Assembly (NCBI RefSeq): GCF_009914755.1
Contig: NC_060935.1
Length of the DNA: 64,000 nucleotides
From: the human T2T-CHM13v2.0 reference genome, Homo sapiens
Direction: 5' to 3' (one strand)
Shown here: piece by piece, positions 27,641 to 40,276 of the stretch
Layout of the letters: every line of letters begins with the position of its first letter
How positions within the stretch are numbered: the stretch's first letter is position 1
The notes under the pieces: generated by a model
Database searches by the model: none
Seen by the model: only the letters and a program-made list of their open reading frames with translations
What the model was told of the DNA's origin: nothing
Position numbers and translations under genes: made by a program

Positions 27641-27904
27641 TTTCATGCATTATTATTTTATCTTCACAAAACTTCATGAGGTAATGTTTTACAGAGGAAG
27701 GAACAGAAACAGAGAAGTTAGTAAGTTGCATAAAGTAATTCAACCAGTAGATAGTACAGCAAAAATTCAGCTACAATGTCTAACTTTAAACAAACATAGT
27801 ACACTGCTACCTAAATTGCTTTGCTCACTTCAGATTACATGTTCTCGTTGTAGGGGATGATTTTTGCAAATATCACTTTTTTGTCTCTGGCAAGCAAACT
27901 TCAT

Positions 27905-28240
27905 TCATTTTATAAAACTTTTTTTCTGATTTAAAAATATTATAAGATCATTATAGAGGATGTGACAAATAAAAAGAAAAATTAAACTCTCAAAATTCCA
28001 CTACCCAGACACAAATCCAGTTAACATTTTGATGTGTTTCCTTGCAATTCTTATTAATGTCCAAGTTTGTGCATATATGTTGCAAATTGTACTGTGATCT
28101 ATAAGCACCATTTTAATTTTAATATAATATTGCATAGATAAACTATAGTGTATTTGATAGATCCCCTATTATTGGGCATATAGGTTTTTTCAGTACTTAA
28201 TAGTATAAATAATGTGATGGACATCTTTTAATAAATGTAT
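27905..28240 (-). mobile_element. L1ME-type fragment
   Basis: aattccactacccagacac...gttaacattttgatgtg...cccctattattgggcatataggtt. Confidence 0.6.
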
Positions 28241-30829
28241 CATTTAGTCTGCCTGTAAACTCAAGGAATAGGTACTATGATTATCTGTAGTTCTTAGTTG
28301 AGGATATAAGTGACTTACACAAGGACATAGCTGGCAAAGGCAGAGCTGGGATGAGAGCTTAGAAATTTTTAACCACTGCTGGAGCAGGAACCTGAGTTTA
28401 GATTTTTTTTCTCCCTCCACATTGCTTTCCAGGGGCTCAGACTCAGAAGCTGTGGGACTGTCTGATATTCACTATGATGTCTACACACACATTTAGAGTT
28501 GCGTTTGTTGCCATGATCTGCAAGACTTTGCTTTCCTGAGACAAAATTCATTCCCTGCTTCCTTACACAGGATAAGTCAGCATCTATTTTGCTCTTCTAA
28601 GGCAATAAAACATGCCCTGGGATGTGGTACCTCATAAATATGCATGCCATAGGCCGCCATTCACAATCCACAGGTGTGTCTTAGCAGATTATTAATACTT
28701 CTCCACAGACACAAAGCTTCAGTCTGCCCAGTGCTAATAAAACTCTCTCCTTGAGTAGAAGGGTTTGTTTGTTTATTAGATCAAAAGAAAAATTATCTTC
28801 AGTTTTGACATATACAACATATGGAATTATACAGCATTACAAGGCAAAACAAGAACTCAACCACAGCTGCTAACACACCAAATTCCACCAAATATTCTAG
28901 ATTTGGGGAGTGTTCAAAACTCCTTTTTAGTGCAAATAAGATGTTAAAATTAACATTATCAGAGAGCTTGTAAATTTCAAATAATATTTTGTACCCGGGA
29001 AATGGCGAGAAGAGATAATCTATTTCCTAAACCTAACATACCCTTTAATAATGGAAATAAATTTGTTTTCCTGAGCAAAGAGGGTTTTCTTTTTACTGTT
29101 TAGAGCATTGGAATATGTAGTTTCAAATCTCTGGGCCACCTTCTGAAATTATATTTCCTAAGCTTTGGTCAATTTGACTCATTCTTGTTGGTTTATGTTT
29201 TTGAAAATATTTTGATGGGATTATTAGTGTTGAGTGGGTTACTGAAAAAGGTAAACAAAGATATGTTTGAGAAGATCTAAGGTGTCTGATTTGAAAGATA
29301 TACTGAAGTCAGAAAGGGTCTTTTTAACAGTCTGGATATATGTGATATTCTGCTTATTAAAAGCACAAACAAACAAAATGCAAAAACCAATTGTCATCCA
29401 ACAACAAACTATTTTTCCAGCCAACCCTCAATACAAATGTTCATTATTTTGAAAGTGTTCTTCTTGTGGAAGCAATAGAAATTTTGACACAATTAGTGGT
29501 GCACTCTGACATCCATCCGCAAGCAACTCGTAATTTCCCAAAGTATTTTCAGCTGTTTATGGCAATTTGTATCTGGCCAAGTGTAAAAGGAAATCTTACA
29601 TTTTGCCCTGCGTTTTGGGGAGCTATCAAAGACAGAAAAAAATTACATATATATTTCTCAATGTACTTCTGAAGCTGCCTTCCAAATCAATGCAAAGAGG
29701 AAAAATATTATGGCTCTTATGTTAGAAAATAGCAAATTCCTTAGTGAACTTGATGCATTCTTGCAATGACCAGCACCTCCCTGTACTAGGGCAGAAAAGC
29801 TGCTTCCTAAGAGGTGAGTGTCAGGATCTCCAATGGGTCCTGGTTTATTTAGTCACTAAACTGTGGGATGAACTGCTGGGAAGTTAGAAAACTAGGACTG
29901 GGAGCAAGAATGGGCAGATGTTCCTCTGGTTTGATTTCCTAGGCCTTGGGCCTGTGAAGAAACACAGAACAAAACAAAATAAAAACAAAGCAACAAATTC
30001 TCCTGACTCTTCTCCCTAAAGTTTGACTTGGGCCACATTGATTCTGGGCTCCTCAAAACCAGAACGTAACAGCGAAACGTGGTAACATCTCTGTACCTAA
30101 GCAATTCAAAGAATTAAAAAGGAGAGCATAGTTAACTCCTCTAAAGGAGCATCTGCTCCCAGAGAGTATAAACATTCTTCTTTTTGATTTACCATTTCCC
30201 AAACATTATCTGAGGTTTGTAGTCCAATCCCTCACCTTTTCATGTTAGTAAACAAACACAGATTCCCTCAAGGAACAAAGCCCTTTCAATCCCTCCAATT
30301 TAGAGACTAGGATCACATGGCAATATGTAGACCTTGGACAATATTGCTGAGAAGCCTATTTTATTTGGGAGAGAAAGAGGAGGAAGTTACGGGACTTTGC
30401 ACATCCTCAGCTGTCTGCATCTCACTGAGTAATGCCTCCTTTCCTTCTATGGACTGTGACTCCAGTTGGTTTCTACGTTGCAAAGAGCTTTATGCTTTTT
30501 CCATAGACAGTAAGGAGACCTGAGGACCAGTCCTAGCTTTATCACTTTCTAGCTGTGTGTCTTTGGTTGGGAAAGGCCTTTTTCAACCTTAGCCCTCAGT
30601 TGATCTTCTTGTAGAACAAGGAGTTCAGATGAAACCGTCTTTGTAGTTCTTTCCGGATCTAGTATTCCATAATGAGTAGCACTACCTTGTTCTGCATTTC
30701 TCCCTACCTTCCCGCTTTCTGCTAGGTCACTGAGGCTGCATATTGGAGAGCCAGGAATTGAATCCTGGCTCTTCAGGTTGCCAGAGTTGTACCTCAACAA
30801 TTCACTTGTTCTCTCCCTAAGCCTGTTTC

Positions 30830-31147
30830 CTTGTTTATTTTATTTTGTATTAATTTATTATTATTGAGGCAGGGTCTTGCTTTGTCACATAGGCCAGAGT
30901 GCAGTGGCACAAACATGGCTCACTGCCACCTTGGCCTCCCAAGCTCAAGTGATCCTCCCAAGTCAGCCTTCCAAGTCACTGAGACTATAGGCATGCCACC
31001 ATGCCTGGCTAATTTTTTTATTTTTTTTGTAGAGATGGGGTTTCACCATGTTGCTGAGACTGGTCTCAAACTCCTGGCCTCAAGGGATCTTCCTGCTTTG
31101 GCCTCCCAAAGTGCTGGGATTACAAGCGTTAGACACCACTCGTGGCC
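30830..31147 (-). mobile_element. AluJ inserted in a MIR (MIR about 30740-31290)
   Basis: gaggcagggtcttgc...gctcaagtgatcctccc...ggcctcccaaagtgctgggattac. The MIR core ctaagcctgtttcc|tcatttatgaaatg is split by the Alu. Confidence 0.93.
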
Positions 31148-31846
31148 TATTTCCTCATTTATGAAATGTAAACTATTCCTCCTACTTTGTAGGAGTGGCA
31201 TGTAATAGAATGACATTATACACGTGAAGAGCTAAGAAAAATGTCTGAAAAATTTTACGCATTAAATAAATGTTAGCTGTTATTTTTAGATAAGATAATA
31301 CTTGTTAGGTACCTGGCACAGTGTCTGGCATATAGAAAGTATCTAGTAAACATTAACTGTTTTATTGTTATTGTTATCTTCAGGAAGGAAAGATTTTAGT
31401 TTTAAACTTTCAATAGTATTCTTGGTTTGAAGAAAAATATTTTTCTTCATCCCTCTGGAGGTATCTTAAGATGAAGGGATTTTCCCTACCTTCCTCTTGA
31501 TTTACTAAAGAGAACATACTAACTTCAGAGAATATTCTCCAAACAACCCTTTGGTATTCATACTTTGACCTGGACGCAGGACGCAGTGTTCTTCCTTCTC
31601 TCTTTTTCTTTGTTTTCCCCTTTATGCACCCTCAGGCAGAAAGTAAAAAGAGGCTCAAATGACTTCAATTTGAAGACAACCTCCAGCAGCCACTGATGGT
31701 TGCATTATGACTGGGCTAGGAGAGGCACTTGTTGCTCACATGAATGCAAGAGAAGATAATTCATTAGTCTATCCAAAGCAGCTAACTGAAGCAGCTACTA
31801 GGAGAAGCTAACCAAAGCCATGAGAAAACAGGAAAAGAATACATAA

Positions 31847-31866
31847 AGATAGATAGATAGATGATT

Positions 31867-31917
<51 letters not shown>

Positions 31918-31930
31918 GATAGATAGATAG
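31847..31930 (+). repeat. Compound tetranucleotide STR [AGAT]4 GAT TGAT [AGAT]12 GAT [AGAT]2
   Basis: Read directly from the sequence. Confidence 0.98.
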
Positions 31931-31934
31931 GTGG

Positions 31935-32350
31935 TGTATTAGTCTACTCTGCTTGTCAAAACAATATACTACAGACTGGTTGGCTTAAACAACAGAAATT
32001 TATTTTCTCACGGTTCCGTAGGCTGAAAGTCCAAGATGAAAGTGTTGGCAGGTTTGTTTTCTGGTGAGGCCTCTCTTCCTGGCTTTTATATGGCAGCCTT
32101 TCTGCTGTGTCCTACCTGGCCTTTTGTCTGTGCACACACGGGAGGCAGGGGTGTTGGGAGACGAAGAGAGCTCTGGTGTCTTCTTTTTCTTATAGGAATA
32201 CTAATTCTGTCAGATTAAAGTCTCATCCTTATCACCTTGTTCAACCTTAATTATCCCTCTAAAGGCCCTGTCTCTATATACAGTTGCACTGGGGGCTACG
32301 GCTTCAACATAATGTATGAATTTTGAGGGGACACAATTTGGTCTATAACA
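31935..32350 (-). mobile_element. MLT1A-type MaLR solo LTR
   Basis: tgtattagtc...ggcttaaacaacagaaatttattttctcac...gtccaagat...gggacacaatttggtctataaca. Confidence 0.88.
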
Positions 32351-32870
32351 CAAAGATAGTTTTATAATTATAGGTAAAGAAATAGTTATTTGAAGCAGAT
32401 CTTGTCTCTGTATTCTGTGCTATTGTGATCTCATATTTCAGTGGAAAGATGCAAAATCCATTTTAACCTACCTCAGGGAGATCTACCATAAATCCTCTGA
32501 CTTTGTCATTTCTATGTACAGTTTTTCTTCTAAGTACCTATTTCCTTTGTAGTTTTTTATTTACTCACACTATTATTTGTTATTATTCAATTAGTATCTG
32601 CTAGCCTGGTCTCTAGGCTGTGTGAGTACTGGAGCTCTATGTCTTGCCCATGACGGATCATTGCCAAGCATAGCTCATGGCGCATGGAAAGTGATTCAGA
32701 CAGATGGCCTTCTTACTTTGTCTTGAACACCAGGCACATTCCCGCCTTAGGATTTCTGCACTTGAAATCCCTCTGCATGGAATATACTTTATATATTTGT
32801 AGGGCTGACATACTTCTGACAAATCTCTACTCAACTGCTACCTCTTCTGAGGCCTTTCCTGACAGTACTA

Positions 32871-33474
32871 TGTTGGGTATTGTTTCAGAAAACAATCCTC
32901 CAAAATGCAGCCCTCAGCAGCAGCATCAGAAACAAAAATGTTTCTCTGACCTTCTCCTGTTCGCCTGCATCTCAATTTCATTTTCCCCCAAGGCTAGCCA
33001 TAGAAACTAGGATCCCTTTTCTCCAAGGCAGGTCATGGAAACCAGAACCTCTTTTCCTGAAATCCAGCCATAAAATGTAAAAACTGGCCATAAAGAAGTT
33101 ATCTAACCTACCTCGTTTGACATAAGTCATAAGACTCCTATTCCAGACAGGGCCCTATCTCACACACAGAGAGAAGTAATACATGCTCAGGCCAAGAAGA
33201 ATCTAGACAGAAAAGCCTTGACTAATGCTAATATCTATAAGCATTAGATTATAACATTTTTGTACAATCATATTTCTAAATAGCTTTCTATACTTTGCTG
33301 AAACTAAGCATAAAAATGAACAATTTTTCTTGTATCTTTGGGTCTTCATTCTGAAGGCTCTTTTGTATACACATTAAATAAATTTGTGTGTCTTTTCTCC
33401 GTTTAATCAATCTGCCCCATGTAAGTGATTTTTTTCAGTGAATCTTTGGGGGAAAAAGGGTGTTGGCTCCTACA
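32871..33474 (+). mobile_element. ERV1 solo LTR (MER39-like) inserted in an L2 (about 32705-33715)
   Basis: TG...CA termini with 4-bp TSD ACTA; internal ctctgaccttctcctg...aggctagccatagaaactag...ggaaaccagaacc. Confidence 0.82.
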
Positions 33475-34364
33475 ACTATCAAAAACTGCCCTATGTTCCT
33501 TCTAATTACATATTCTCTCATTACATTTTTTGATAACTAATTTTTGGCAGCATGTCTAATTATTTTCATTATTGTCTGTCTCTTGCTTTATACATTCAGC
33601 TTCAAGAAGGCAGAACATTTACCTACTTTGTTCACTGCTATTTTACTGTGTTCACCAAGTACAGAGCATGGAATGTGAGGCACACTTGATGACTGTATAG
33701 TACATAAATGAATGGACAATCACTTTGTTAGATGAACAAGTAAAATTTGGGGGGTTTAGCTCTTACAGAATGGGGGAAATTGAATAGTAAAACCAGAAAA
33801 TACAATAATTCTTCCTCCAGGAACACTACTCGTCTACTTCCTTGATTCCTCGTATGCAACTTTTAGATTCCCAGGAGACTTTTCCTGATCCTGGAAGTTG
33901 GGAACATGTGTCCCTTCCCTGCACTTTTCTATTACAGCAAACTTATCACTGATGCATGCATCATACATCTCTGAATTTTCTTGAATACTTACTGGAATAT
34001 ACATTTCATGAGGGTAGGCAACAGGATTATTGGAACAGAATAAGATTTCATTGCATACTTGCTAAATGAGTTTAAAGACTTAGTAAAATGGAAGAAATAG
34101 CTTCCATACATAATTATCTCAAATAATATCTTTCCTATCTTAAATTCAAACTACCCCTTTGGGACCATTTATGGAAGTGAATCTTTCTCCAACAATTCTT
34201 ACATTACAAATCTCCATGTAAAAGCACAATACCTGAGAAACCAGAAAACTTATTGGAGTAAATTGTTGGGTCTTCTAATGAGGAAAGGATGTGTTGATTA
34301 GATTAAGAGACTTGAAATTAAAAACAGAATCTCCTTTTTAACAAAAAAATATTAAAAGTATTTC

Positions 34365-34570
34365 TAATTGGTACCTTGTTCCAGGCACTATATTAAGAAC
34401 TTTATGCCTGAATTTTCATTTAATCCTTAAACCCTAAAGTAGATATTGTTATTAGTCCCACATGAAGAAATTACTGTTCAGAGAGATTAAATGACTCACC
34501 CAAGATCACAGGCCAACTGAATGACACAGCCTTGACTCCAATCTAGATCCATCTGACCCCAAAACCATCC
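34365..34570 (-). mobile_element. MIR
   Basis: ccaggcactatattaag...catttaatcct...gttcagagagattaaatgactcacccaagatcaca. Confidence 0.8.
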
Positions 34571-36109
34571 TTCTCATCAATGCTATTCAAAACATTGGCT
34601 CTATGTCACATAATACCTAAGAGAAGTTATTTGATTCAACAAGTGTATGAAGTGTGCCTGCAAAGTCTTGAAGCAATAGAACACTCATGCCTCAAGAGGA
34701 CATAGGGGGCCAAAAGTGGATTTAGAGTACCCAGTAACCTCTATATCTTCTGCATGGCTTCCTCAAGAGAGACAAAATCCAAGAGCATTAGGGCTAGAAG
34801 ATGTCCTTATACGTCATCTTGTTCAATGCCTCCATTTTAGAGATGATGAAACTGAGGTTTGAAGGGTGATTTGACTTTCCCAAGGTCATCTACATAAGTT
34901 GTAGCAGAAATAGCCAAGGGCGTTCACTCCTGTTGAAATACACACAGAAAAAATAAGTAAATAAATAAAGGATTTGTTGGTAGCTTGAAATGAGCACAAT
35001 TTAAAATAATTATCAAGCTGGCTTACACATAGCCATATATGTTTTATTAGATCTACCATTGGGAGTTACATGCTTGTGCTATAATTTAGTAGAAATGGCT
35101 ATTAACTTCAGTGCATGCATTTGATAGTTTTTTGAAACCATTAAAAAATAAAGACTTATTTGACAGTGGCTCATGCTAAGATAGTTTATGAGCTGATCAT
35201 ATAAATGACAAAGTCATATTAAAGAACGATGCATAGATGTGCATGGGTAGTTTTATTGAATCGGTAATAGATACTTGGATCCTGCCATTATGTAATTTGT
35301 TATTTGACCTCTTCATTGGGAAAATTTAGTATCTGCCTAGTTAGTGAACTCACAGCTAATAGTAGATTCAAAATGATGGGAAAATCAGTATTTACTTAAT
35401 TGAACTTTAGATTCTTATTAAGCCAAACGTGGAGCTGGCTTATAGTAGGTGCCTAAAGAATGATATTGCTTGCCCTCTTATAGGCTGTATTGAAAATAAT
35501 TCAGATACAGATTCTCCACATTAGTTGAGGTGATAATTGAACTACAGAGAATATCTGAAAACCAAACACTAAGAGAAAAAATGATGTATAAGCTAAATAA
35601 TTAACACTGTCATGATGTCAATCAACCAACCTGAATGATACTGCAGAGAATATTCCATCAGCTGGCTGCAAAGTTTGATCTAAAAGAGTCAACATTGTTC
35701 TTCCTCAAGTCTCTAATTTCACAGCAGACTAAAAATTACAATGCATGTTTTTCCTTTCAACATGCACCTTTCTGACGTTTATCCACTAAATGAGTTGTGG
35801 CTTTTCACTTAGTGAATGAAATGTCTTAACGTGGTGAATATATTTCAGGCTCTTTATTTACTGTATTGGAGTCCATTCGCTTTGCCAGCAATGGAGAATG
35901 CAGTCTGGATTACGTCTATGTCTCTAGACCATTGTGATTGTAACCTTCCATTGTGAATGAGGTAGTTTAGCCAGGGTCAAGAGATGCTTGTCTCATCTTC
36001 ATCATCCTTTTTATAGCAATTAAGAAGTCCCTTAACTTCTCCACCCTTAGTGTCCTTAGGCATAAAATACAGATAATGACCTCAGGGGCATTAGGGAAAA
36101 AATAAGAAT

Positions 36110-36350
36110 AATAGATATAGCTTACTGAGGATCTACCATGGGCCAGTGCCTGGGTTAGGGACTTTAAATTTATTATTTTTATATGTAATAATCACTAAAA
36201 CTCTGGGCAGTAAGCATTATGGTTCTTATCTCATAGGGAAAGTAAAGCTTGAACACAAAGAGATTAAGTGCTTGCTTAACATCATTTGACAGAAACGTTT
36301 GAATTCAGGTCTCTTATTCCAGGGTAAATATTCTTAGGCACTACTCTATA
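36110..36350 (-). mobile_element. MIR
   Basis: cttactgaggatctaccatgggccagtgcc...agagattaagtgcttgc...tttgaattcaggtct. Confidence 0.65.
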
Positions 36351-38782
36351 GTAAGTATGCTGCCTCAGATAATATACACACAGAAATTGTTATAAAAATC
36401 AAATAATGGGGAGGGGAATTATTGAATGCCTTAATATACTAGCATCACAGAAGGTGTTTTCACAGGTTATCCTATTTAATCCTCACGACTCTGGAGATAG
36501 CTATATTCACACTTATTATTCACTTACGTTTTCTGTGATTTCAGTGTAGTTTTTTATTTTGCCAAGATAAAAACTAGAATACTGATGAAATCACACTAGG
36601 TGTGTAATGTGAAATTATGATATAAGAGAATCAGAATGACCTCTTTGGCAATTTCATGGGAACAATGATTCTTTGTGATATCCACGTCAGAAGTGTACTT
36701 GTGGACTTTGAGGAGTTTCTTTGGATGTATGTTGGAAAAAGAGCAGGCTACAATAAAATAATCAAGGTTCAGCATGTCTTTTCTCTATAACAACATTTGT
36801 GATTACAGACATTTGCCTGATATAATTTTGGTTTTTACATAAATCTGAAGTGAGAGCTAAGAGGAAGACTGACTATACTATTGTTTTATTTGGAGAGGTG
36901 AGTTGCAAATTAAAAAATCCGCAAAGATATGAATATTTTAGGTGGGAGCAACTTACTGATATAGTAGACTTGATAATCACTTATTTTGGTAAAAACAAAT
37001 GGAATAAGTAGGAGAATAAATATGGATTGTGATAAATGGAACATTGTTACAGGTGTCTTTAAAGGAGTGGCAGAAATACTGCTATCATGGGATGGAAAGT
37101 ACAGGGTGGTTTCCAGAAGATGAAAAAGGTGAATAAGCATGCAGACGATATCTTAGCCTACAATATTTATTAAAAAAATAAACATCAATTGGAATTCTAG
37201 TTCTCAAGTCTCATAAATATTTATATATGGGTGTGAGTGCATGTGCATGTGTGCTGAGAAAGATTTCAATACATTAATTCTTGTTCTTCCTAGATTCTTC
37301 TGTATTTCCCTTGTCAAATTAGCTTTTCCTTGAGAGAAACTGTTAATTCTAATTGATTTTGGCCAGATTGGCAAAGCTCTTTGAAATGCTTTCAATCAGT
37401 GACAACTTTTAAGACATTTTCTTGTACTTGTGAGAGATTAAAACTTTTTCCAAGCAATATTTCCCAATAGAGGTCCTTTCTGAATGCTTCTCTATACACA
37501 CAAGATTGTTGGTCTTTTGAGGTCTGTACTGTCATCACCTGCCTCATTCATTTCTAGTCACAGGACAGCTCTCCAAAAACCCTTTCCCATCCTCTCCAGG
37601 CCTAGTCAAGCCTTTTGTTTTTTAGCTTCAGTGCCAGGCTCAGTTCCCTTTCTTGTTTTCCTTTCATGTGGTTGGTTCTTGCTGCCTCTGAACTCTTTTT
37701 GTATCTCTTGTTAGGCATCATTGCCTGTCTTTTCTAACTGCATTTTTACCTGGAAGTCATTGTGCTTTATTCACAAGCTGAGACCCATCCTATGAAACCT
37801 GCTGGGGTTTTCACTGAAAGATATTAAGCAAATCTTCACAGCTTGAATGGAGTATATCTCTTCCTGGCTAATATACTCCAGCCCTGAAGAAGGCTCAAAA
37901 TAGGTGCGAGGTAGAAGAAACACCACCTTCTGTAGACTGATTCTGTTGCTAGTGGTGGAGCCATGCTCAGTAGCCTGAGAATGAATCCTTCTTTAAGTGC
38001 TGTTGGGAGAGCTGAGAAATACCCAACTGTGAATCAGCTTAATCAAGAGTACAAACACCAGAAAAGAACGAAAGTCCTCAATTGCACTTGGCTGGAGTAC
38101 AGAGATCTCTGTAGTGATTTTGGTTTCCATCTAAACTTTTCCAACATTAAATGAAAAAAAAAAAAGTCTGGCTCAAAATGTTTTCAGGATTTATTGCTCA
38201 TACACTGTACGGTGAACAAGAATGAGTTTTGCCTAACATGTTTGGTGAACGTATGTGGAAGGTCAGCTGTTGCTGTGACTTGGTGTACCCTGAGTTCTCT
38301 AAAACAAAGAGAAGTATCTGTTCTCTAAAGCAAATTGTTCCCAGACTTACTGTGTGCTATGATTTGATTTTTAAATGCCAAAAAATGAAAAACAAACAAA
38401 CAAAACAAAACTGCAGAATGCACAAACTTAGTAACCTTTATGTAGGGAAATATTCAGATGAAGAAGTAATTCTAATTAGAGACTAAGATATGAGAAAGAA
38501 GTGGTATATTAATTAGTCTGTGGTTTTATATTGATATGGAGCTATCATTATGGAACTTCATTATTTTATTTAAGCTTAGAAAATGTTGCTCTGGACAAAG
38601 CAGGAATAATGTTGTAGTATAGACTCCCCAGCCTTCATGAATTCTTGATTCTCTATTATGTAACATAGGACCTCAGAGCTGATCCCATGTATACCTCATC
38701 CTTCATTCCTTAACCCTCCAGCAAAGCCACTGGCTTCAGAGTGATATGACAGATGATCTGCTGTGTAAAATTGATAACTGCA

Positions 38783-39081
38783 GGCCAGGCCTGGTGGCTC
38801 ACGTCTGTAATCCCAGCACTTTGGGAGGCCGAGGCAGGTGGATTATTTAAGGCCAGGAGTTCCAGACCAGCCTGGCCAACATGGCAAAACCCCATCTCTA
38901 TTAAAAATAGAAAAAATTAGCTAGGTGTGGTGGCACCTACCTGTAGTCTCAGCTACTGGTGAGGCTGAGGCACGAGAATTGTTTGAACCCTGGAGGTGAA
39001 GATTGCAGTGAGCCAAGAGCATGTCATTGCACTCCAGCGTGGATGACAGAGTGAGACTCTGTCTCAAAAAAAAAAAAAAAA
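38783..39081 (+). mobile_element. Full-length Alu (Jb/Sz-like)
   Basis: ggccaggcctggtggctcacg...gtctc(A)16, with partial TSD GATAACT. Confidence 0.96.
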
Positions 39082-39611
39082 GGATAACTATGCCTTGAAT
39101 AGTGGGTAGAAAGGCTATCTTAAGACAATAGGTAGTAGAATAGGAGAAGGAGGCATTAAAGGAAAGTTTATTCTAGAGAAGGAGCTTTTAAAGAGATAAC
39201 AACAGTATAGACCTGAGATAAGATAAGCCAACAAAAATATCTCAGTATTAGGATGATATATTAGGATACTGAGATGAGTGAGGGATGTGACAGCTGCATG
39301 CACAGAAGGGGATAAGCAAGGTGGGCATGGAGGCCTGAGTGTCTGTGTGCCTAGTTATGCTCACATGGAGAGATGGAAGACTGGTAGAAAACCAAATGCA
39401 GTGACACTAACACACTGAGTTCTGAGTCTTAATTATTGATTTAGTATATTTGGGGAATCCCTTGCCAGGGGAATAGCTGCCAGTAAAAGTTGCGTCAGAT
39501 ATTAGATAGAAAAAGAAAGCTAATTTTTATTTAAAAACATTACCTTAAACATACAGGGCTCTGGAATCAGATTTCAGCTTACCTCTTCCCAGAATTCTGA
39601 CTACCTCTTCA

Positions 39612-40276
39612 TGATAGCAGCAGGAGGCAGTCAAATGCCTAGGCAGATAGGGGTGGGTCCCTGGTGAAACCCAACCTTCAAACCAAAAACAGTTTAAAGC
39701 CTGAAGGCCAAGCTACAAGTCCTGGGTAAATCCACAGACTGTGTTGAGAACCTCTCTTCCTGTTTAGCATGCTTTCCTCTGATTGATCCTCACCCTTCAC
39801 CTATTTTACATATACCTACCCTTCCCTAATTGTTTTTGTTACACTATCATGCCCACCTTTGAATGATGCCTTTGTTTTAGACTTTTTTTGCATACTCACA
39901 AACCAATCAGCATGCATTCCCCCATTATGAACCCATAAAAGCCCCAGACCCAGCCACACTTGGAGGGAGACCACCTTCATGTCCCCTCTCCACTGAGAGC
40001 TGTTCTATCACTCAATAAAATTATTCTCTGCCCTCTTCACCTTTCAATTGTCAGCATAACCTCATTCTTCTTGGACGTGGGCCAAACTTGGGAACCGCCA
40101 AATGTGGGTATGAGTTGTAACACCTGTGGGCCAGTGCACAACCAAATGCAGCCCAGCAGGCCAAGTGGACAGGGTGCCTCCTGTGGCAGGCCTGGGTCCG
40201 ACCAAGGCCCAGGCGAGGATGTTGCTGGCCACAGAAGTCCCCAGCTTGCAAAGTGACCAAGAAAAATCCTGCGTCG
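39612..40276 (+). mobile_element. ERV1 solo LTR (LTR27-like, LTR1/27/28 group) inserted in a MIR
   Basis: Starts TGATAGCAGCAGGAGGCAG and ends aaaatcctgcgtCG (CA mutated). 4-bp TSD TTCA (39608-39611 and 40277-40280). CCAAT at 39903, CATAAAA at 39934, AATAAA at 40014. Confidence 0.85.
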
